A DNA stretch of 48,141 nucleotides, counting the filler, from Sphacelaria rigidula (lineage: Eukaryota), in assembly GCA_964200075.2 (NCBI GenBank). It is 2 parts of 2 records of this genome, joined end to end, with 100 filler letters (N's around TTAATTAATTAA, not from the genome) between each part and the next. Parts side by side here need not be neighbours in the genome. Positions count along the whole stretch, not along the records: positions 24,123 to 48,141 come from CAXNAA020000232.1; 1 more part is not named here. One strand, 5' to 3'. Positions 45,601 through 48,141 of this stretch are shown here, piece after piece (the first letter of the stretch is position 1; each line of letters starts with the position of its first letter). Position numbers and translations under genes: made by a program. The notes under the pieces were generated by a model. It did not search any database. It saw only the letters and a program-made list of their open reading frames with translations, and had not been told where the DNA came from.

Positions 45601-45942
45601 CAACAAATGAGTACGCCTCCCCCCCCCCCTCAAGCATTTCCAACAAATGCCATATCCTCCTTGCATCCGAATAATGGTGCCGTTTGTCTTGGTTGGCCGT
45701 TCAGTACTTTTCGCCTGCTTCATCAAAACATAGTCCTCGGAAAAGCAAGAAAGCACATCTTAATCTCAGTATAGTAGTTCACCTCAAGTATCTCTAGCGC
45801 CTCTGCGGCTTCCTCTCGCACCCGTCGCACTTCAGCCTCTACCGCAGCTGCGGCCGCACCGGGATCCTTCTTTGTATTCGCAGCCGAAGCGCTTGCAAGA
45901 GCTTTTTTCTCGGCAGATGTATGGACTTGTAAAGCGTTTTCC
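24802..45942 (-). CDS. Gene B (multi-exon span): long alpha-helical/coiled-coil protein with a ~105-aa His-anchored tandem repeat; incomplete at both ends
   Basis: 22 exons, 3205 nt in total, every junction GT-AG with matching phase and no stop; Ala/Glu/Arg/Leu/Lys-rich translation with a recurring LRxxHE...L...RL..RR motif. Confidence 0.9.
25757..25831 (-). CDS. Gene B exon (AARKKL...HNEK)
   Basis: acacag|GCG ... AAG|GTCCCA. Confidence 0.8.
26823..26921 (-). CDS. Gene B exon (AVQGQRL...EQVK)
   Basis: cgacag|GCC ... AAG|GTATGA. Confidence 0.85.
27275..27401 (-). CDS. Gene B exon (AEAAAR...HLDKAK)
   Basis: taccag|G GCT ... AAG|GTGTGA; phase 2/0. Confidence 0.85.
28330..28439 (-). CDS. Gene B exon (VEKDVENER...QKQAR)
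   Basis: cggtag|GTG ... GCC AG|GTACAG; phase 0/2. Confidence 0.82.
29509..29631 (-). CDS. Gene B exon (RDLEETMEL...SKRQ)
   Basis: atgcag|CGG ... CAG|GTACGG. Confidence 0.85.
30509..30598 (-). CDS. Gene B exon (ARADQL...HEAHQ)
   Basis: (ca)n-cag|GCC ... CAG|GTGAGG. Confidence 0.85.
30600..30638. repeat. (GT)n microsatellite abutting a splice acceptor
   Basis: About 19 units, directly visible. Confidence 0.95.
30688..31032. repeat. Diverged tandem duplication, period about 177 bp, two copies
   Basis: Shared blocks aagtatggaaa, ctctcgagtct, ccgaagct, gagcagatcctt and gcttgccgactatgtgacaa recur about 177 bp apart. Confidence 0.9.
32071..32142 (-). CDS. Gene B exon (ENLEQDAE...RESA)
   Basis: ccgcag|GAA ... 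GCG|GTAAGG. Confidence 0.85.
32769..32885 (-). CDS. Gene B exon (ERKMQRE...RKLA)
   Basis: cgacag|GAA ... GCG|GTAAGC. Confidence 0.85.
33275..33469 (-). CDS. Gene B exon (IAAADAE...ASLK)
   Basis: aaatag|ATT ... AAG|GTGGCA. Confidence 0.85.
33867..34064 (-). CDS. Gene B exon (KSEIRLKE...RLDA)
   Basis: aaacag|AAG ... GCG|GTAAGC. Confidence 0.85.
34279..34650 (+). mobile_element. tRNA-derived SINE, family B, copy 2 (intron of gene B)
   Basis: A box TGGCTCAGTTGG, B box GGTTCGAATCT; about 370-bp match to the reverse complement of 21378-21742. Confidence 0.85.
35732..35870 (-). CDS. Gene B exon (EAIQLEQ...RAHHQ)
   Basis: ccgtag|A GAG ... CAG|GTTCGT; phase 2/0. Confidence 0.82.
36440..36606 (-). 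CDS. Gene B exon (DVLEKDL...DSER)
   Basis: tttcag|GAT ... GAA AG|GTAATC; phase 0/2. Confidence 0.87.
36938..37105 (-). CDS. Gene B exon (EDARAKE...HTHYL)
   Basis: caacag|GAG ... TTG|GTGAGC. Confidence 0.87.
37414..38524. mobile_element. Candidate degenerate non-autonomous DNA transposon with GTACTC/ATACTC-type subterminal repeats
   Basis: Imperfect terminal inverted repeats (tagggtggag... / ...ctctacccta); many copies of (g/a)tactc or gagta(c/t) at 37459-37825 and 38430-38580; no TSD found. Confidence 0.4.
38012..38040. repeat. (GCT)n microsatellite
   Basis: Directly visible. Confidence 0.9.
38693..38881 (-). CDS. Gene B exon (ARQDELRSVHE...NLAK)
   Basis: ttctag|GCT ... AAG|GTATGG. Confidence 0.87.
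39356..39679 (-). CDS. Gene B exon (ADAQRQR...ADGK)
   Basis: acccag|GCT ... AAG|GTGAAG (donor position less certain). Confidence 0.82.
40002..40157 (-). CDS. Gene B exon (ADEQARAR...NTLK)
   Basis: acacag|GCC ... AAG|GTAACC. Confidence 0.85.
40313..40406 (-). CDS. Gene B exon (LQERHSL...LLAL)
   Basis: cgtcag|G TTG ... TTG|GTGAGT; phase 2/0. Confidence 0.85.
40946..41061 (-). CDS. Gene B exon (DLHLLAANRLE...RQAR)
   Basis: actcag|GAC ... GCA AG|GTACCA; phase 0/2. Confidence 0.85.
43034..43192 (-). CDS. Gene B exon (ALEQTLS...AKMK)
   Basis: ttgcag|GCT ... AAG|GTGGAG. Confidence 0.82.
43948..44112 (-). CDS. Gene B exon (TAMAEEAKARR...LESE)
   Basis: tctaag|ACG ... GAG|GTACAA (AAG acceptor). 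Confidence 0.82.
44321..44640 (+). mobile_element. tRNA-derived SINE, family A, copy 3 (intron of gene B)
   Basis: Same head, B box and body as the copies at 6331-6629 and 20222-20505. Confidence 0.87.
45783..45942 (-). CDS. Gene B exon (ENALQVH...EILE), the most 5' exon confidently seen
   Basis: gtacag|G GAA ... GAG|GTGAAC; phase 2/0. Confidence 0.82.
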
Positions 45943-48141
45943 CTGTACGATATAGAAAAATAAACAAGTGACACATCAGGAAGGTGCGATTGGTGCTCGG
46001 TGCGCTCGGGAGCCTATGATATTTCCTCTACAACATTGCTGAGGTGTTTAGCAAATGGGGTGTTGGGTCGCAACCAGGGCTGCCCCACGGACCGCACGGA
46101 TGTACTCTTATCGCAGTCTCTTGACTGTGCAAGTCACAGCGGACCGCTTCCTGGAGCTTTCATGGGCATCAGCCTTCACGAAGAGCTTACCCACTGGACA
46201 CTTGGCGTTGATACCCCAGACCTCGCGACGCAACCGTGAATGTTCGTGCAATCTACGATGACACGCCTTAGGAAGGGACCCAACAATGCTTGTTTGTACT
46301 ACATGCATGAAGGACGTCGTAAAATTAAGATATTCCTATCTATTCACCAGCAGGTAGCCACGACTACCCCAACCGAATGTTGTTTCACTCTTACGCTCGA
46401 CACCAGTTTGATTTTTGACTGTACGATACCGAAGTATTTCACTACCCCCTGAAGCTTGCGGAGTGCTTCGCCCACGTAGCGCCTGGAGCCATCCGTTTCG
46501 AGAACCCGGCCCTTGGTGGTTCCGCCAGGTGTTAGAAGATGGCACTAGCGTAGGTGTATGCGGTCGCTAGTAGACCGAGTGGGCACTACCCCGAACCTTT
46601 GAAGGTTGAAGTTTTGTTCGATAATAGGATTGCAGCAACGTAAATCTATATTGAGGGGGCGGGTTGGGGTTTCTGTGTCTGTCTTCCCGGTTCGCACTCC
46701 AGTCTCACCTGTGTTTGTCTACAAAACGAATGCGAAGTGTCAGCCGCGGGACACATCTTTGCATGTAACACTACATGCAGTAGTGGTGCGATCATCATTT
46801 ATTGTGGTAATCTCGGAGCGTCAACTTGTGCTGTTGGTCTGCTGGTTGTTGGTATAACGCACGAAGAGTTTAACACCCCCTTGGTCGTACGCGACAACGC
46901 ACGCAATCAACAGTCTAACGGGGAAATACCCCACTGTTCCACTGTATAGGCACTTTCTCTTCCACTACTCGTTCCCCTCCGAACACAACGTGGCCCAGTG
47001 GTGCTTGAGCTCTGAAAGGGGATTGTGAAGGCGTTGTGCTTTTATGTCATCTTGTTTGTAAGTCCCCAACAAAGCTACAGCTCCTGCACACCAGACATAC
47101 AGTGAAACGCCTGTTCCAAATTAGCAATCACATGACGCGATATCCTTGCCAAGCGTACTTCACGCGTGAGTTTCCGAAAAAAGAAAATTGATGCGAAGGC
47201 TGCTTTCTAACATTCGAAAAAATCTAGCCGGGAAAAGATCGGGCGTATGTTCCCGTGACACATTGTATTATTTCAACCACTTCTACTTGGTCCTTCTCCG
47301 GCGGAAATTTTCTCCAAGGTCGAGAGCTGTTTCCAGATAGGCTCTTCTCCTATTCATCTCGTCGAGAAAGGCAGACTCTTTGCCGGAACATCAAAATTCG
47401 TCGGAAGCGCGGCTAATATCGCTTCCCACCGAGCACGCAGCTCGCTGTGTAAACAGCAGTTGCTAATGGGCATGAAGTACAGTTGTGCACTGTGAGTACG
47501 TCTATTCGGTGACGGTTGTTTTGATTCCAAAGCCAACAGCAAGGAATATGGAAAGGTTGTGGCAGATGCATCTAATCACTGAGCCGGTATCCAGCGGTGC
47601 AGCATCTGGGGGGGCTAAAAGAAAGTGTGCGATGAAATAATGTGGATCTCAAAAGCCCGCCGAGCTCGTCGCCGACGGAGGTTGTTGAGCGGCTGTTTCT
47701 GTTTCAGGCGCCAACTGTTGATGTCGGGAGTACGAGTGAGACGACAGGTTGTTTTTGTTCGGTAGTGGCGGTGGTTGATCATACGCTTGTCGCTTGAGGT
47801 GCTACCATAGGGCGTCGACTTTTGAGTGTCCAGTCTGCTTCCTGCTTGGAGGGGGGGTGGGCGAATCACGGCCATGAATAAAAAAATCTCGTACAGGAAC
47901 TTTGCGCCAGTGTTTTGAAATCCGCGCTTCCCTTTCTCTGAGCCGGTACCGTACTTCTGCGCTTACCCATAGCGTGACTCACACGCTCGCAGAGCACAGC
48001 AAAACAGACGGCACATGAGCACAGTTCGTGGCCTATGTGCTGCAGTATGCTTCAAGAAGTACTGACGTGTGGGTCATACTACGATAGGGGGGGGGGGGGT
48101 ATTTTGGGCCATTTGTTGCTCAAAATTTCGAGTCAGATTGT

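Overview
Eukaryotic, intron-rich genomic DNA. The gene structure, composition and intronic SINEs resemble a brown alga or other stramenopile, but this is an inference. The window is two contigs joined by an artificial linker (44 N + TTAATTAATTAA + 44 N, 24023-24122). Left half: one very large minus-strand gene. About 11 exons splice with consistent GT-AG phases into roughly 3,700 aa, with one frame problem at 17171-17211. It encodes a DDT + WHIM1 + PHD-finger chromatin protein of the PTM/DDP-BPTF-like type, with an AT-hook, RG repeats and long low-complexity regions. Right half: a second minus-strand gene, assembled by hand from 22 small phase-consistent exons (about 1,068 aa, open at both ends). 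It encodes an alpha-helical protein built from about 9-10 copies of a ~105-aa His-anchored repeat that the ORF track does not show. Non-coding DNA carries two tRNA-derived SINE families (3 + 2 copies), a 136-bp foldback, a 177-bp tandem duplication, a candidate non-autonomous TIR element, a degenerate tRNA-like sequence and microsatellites. Most ORFs in the supplied track are antisense or low-complexity shadows. No prokaryotic-type system (CRISPR, operon, transposase) is visible.
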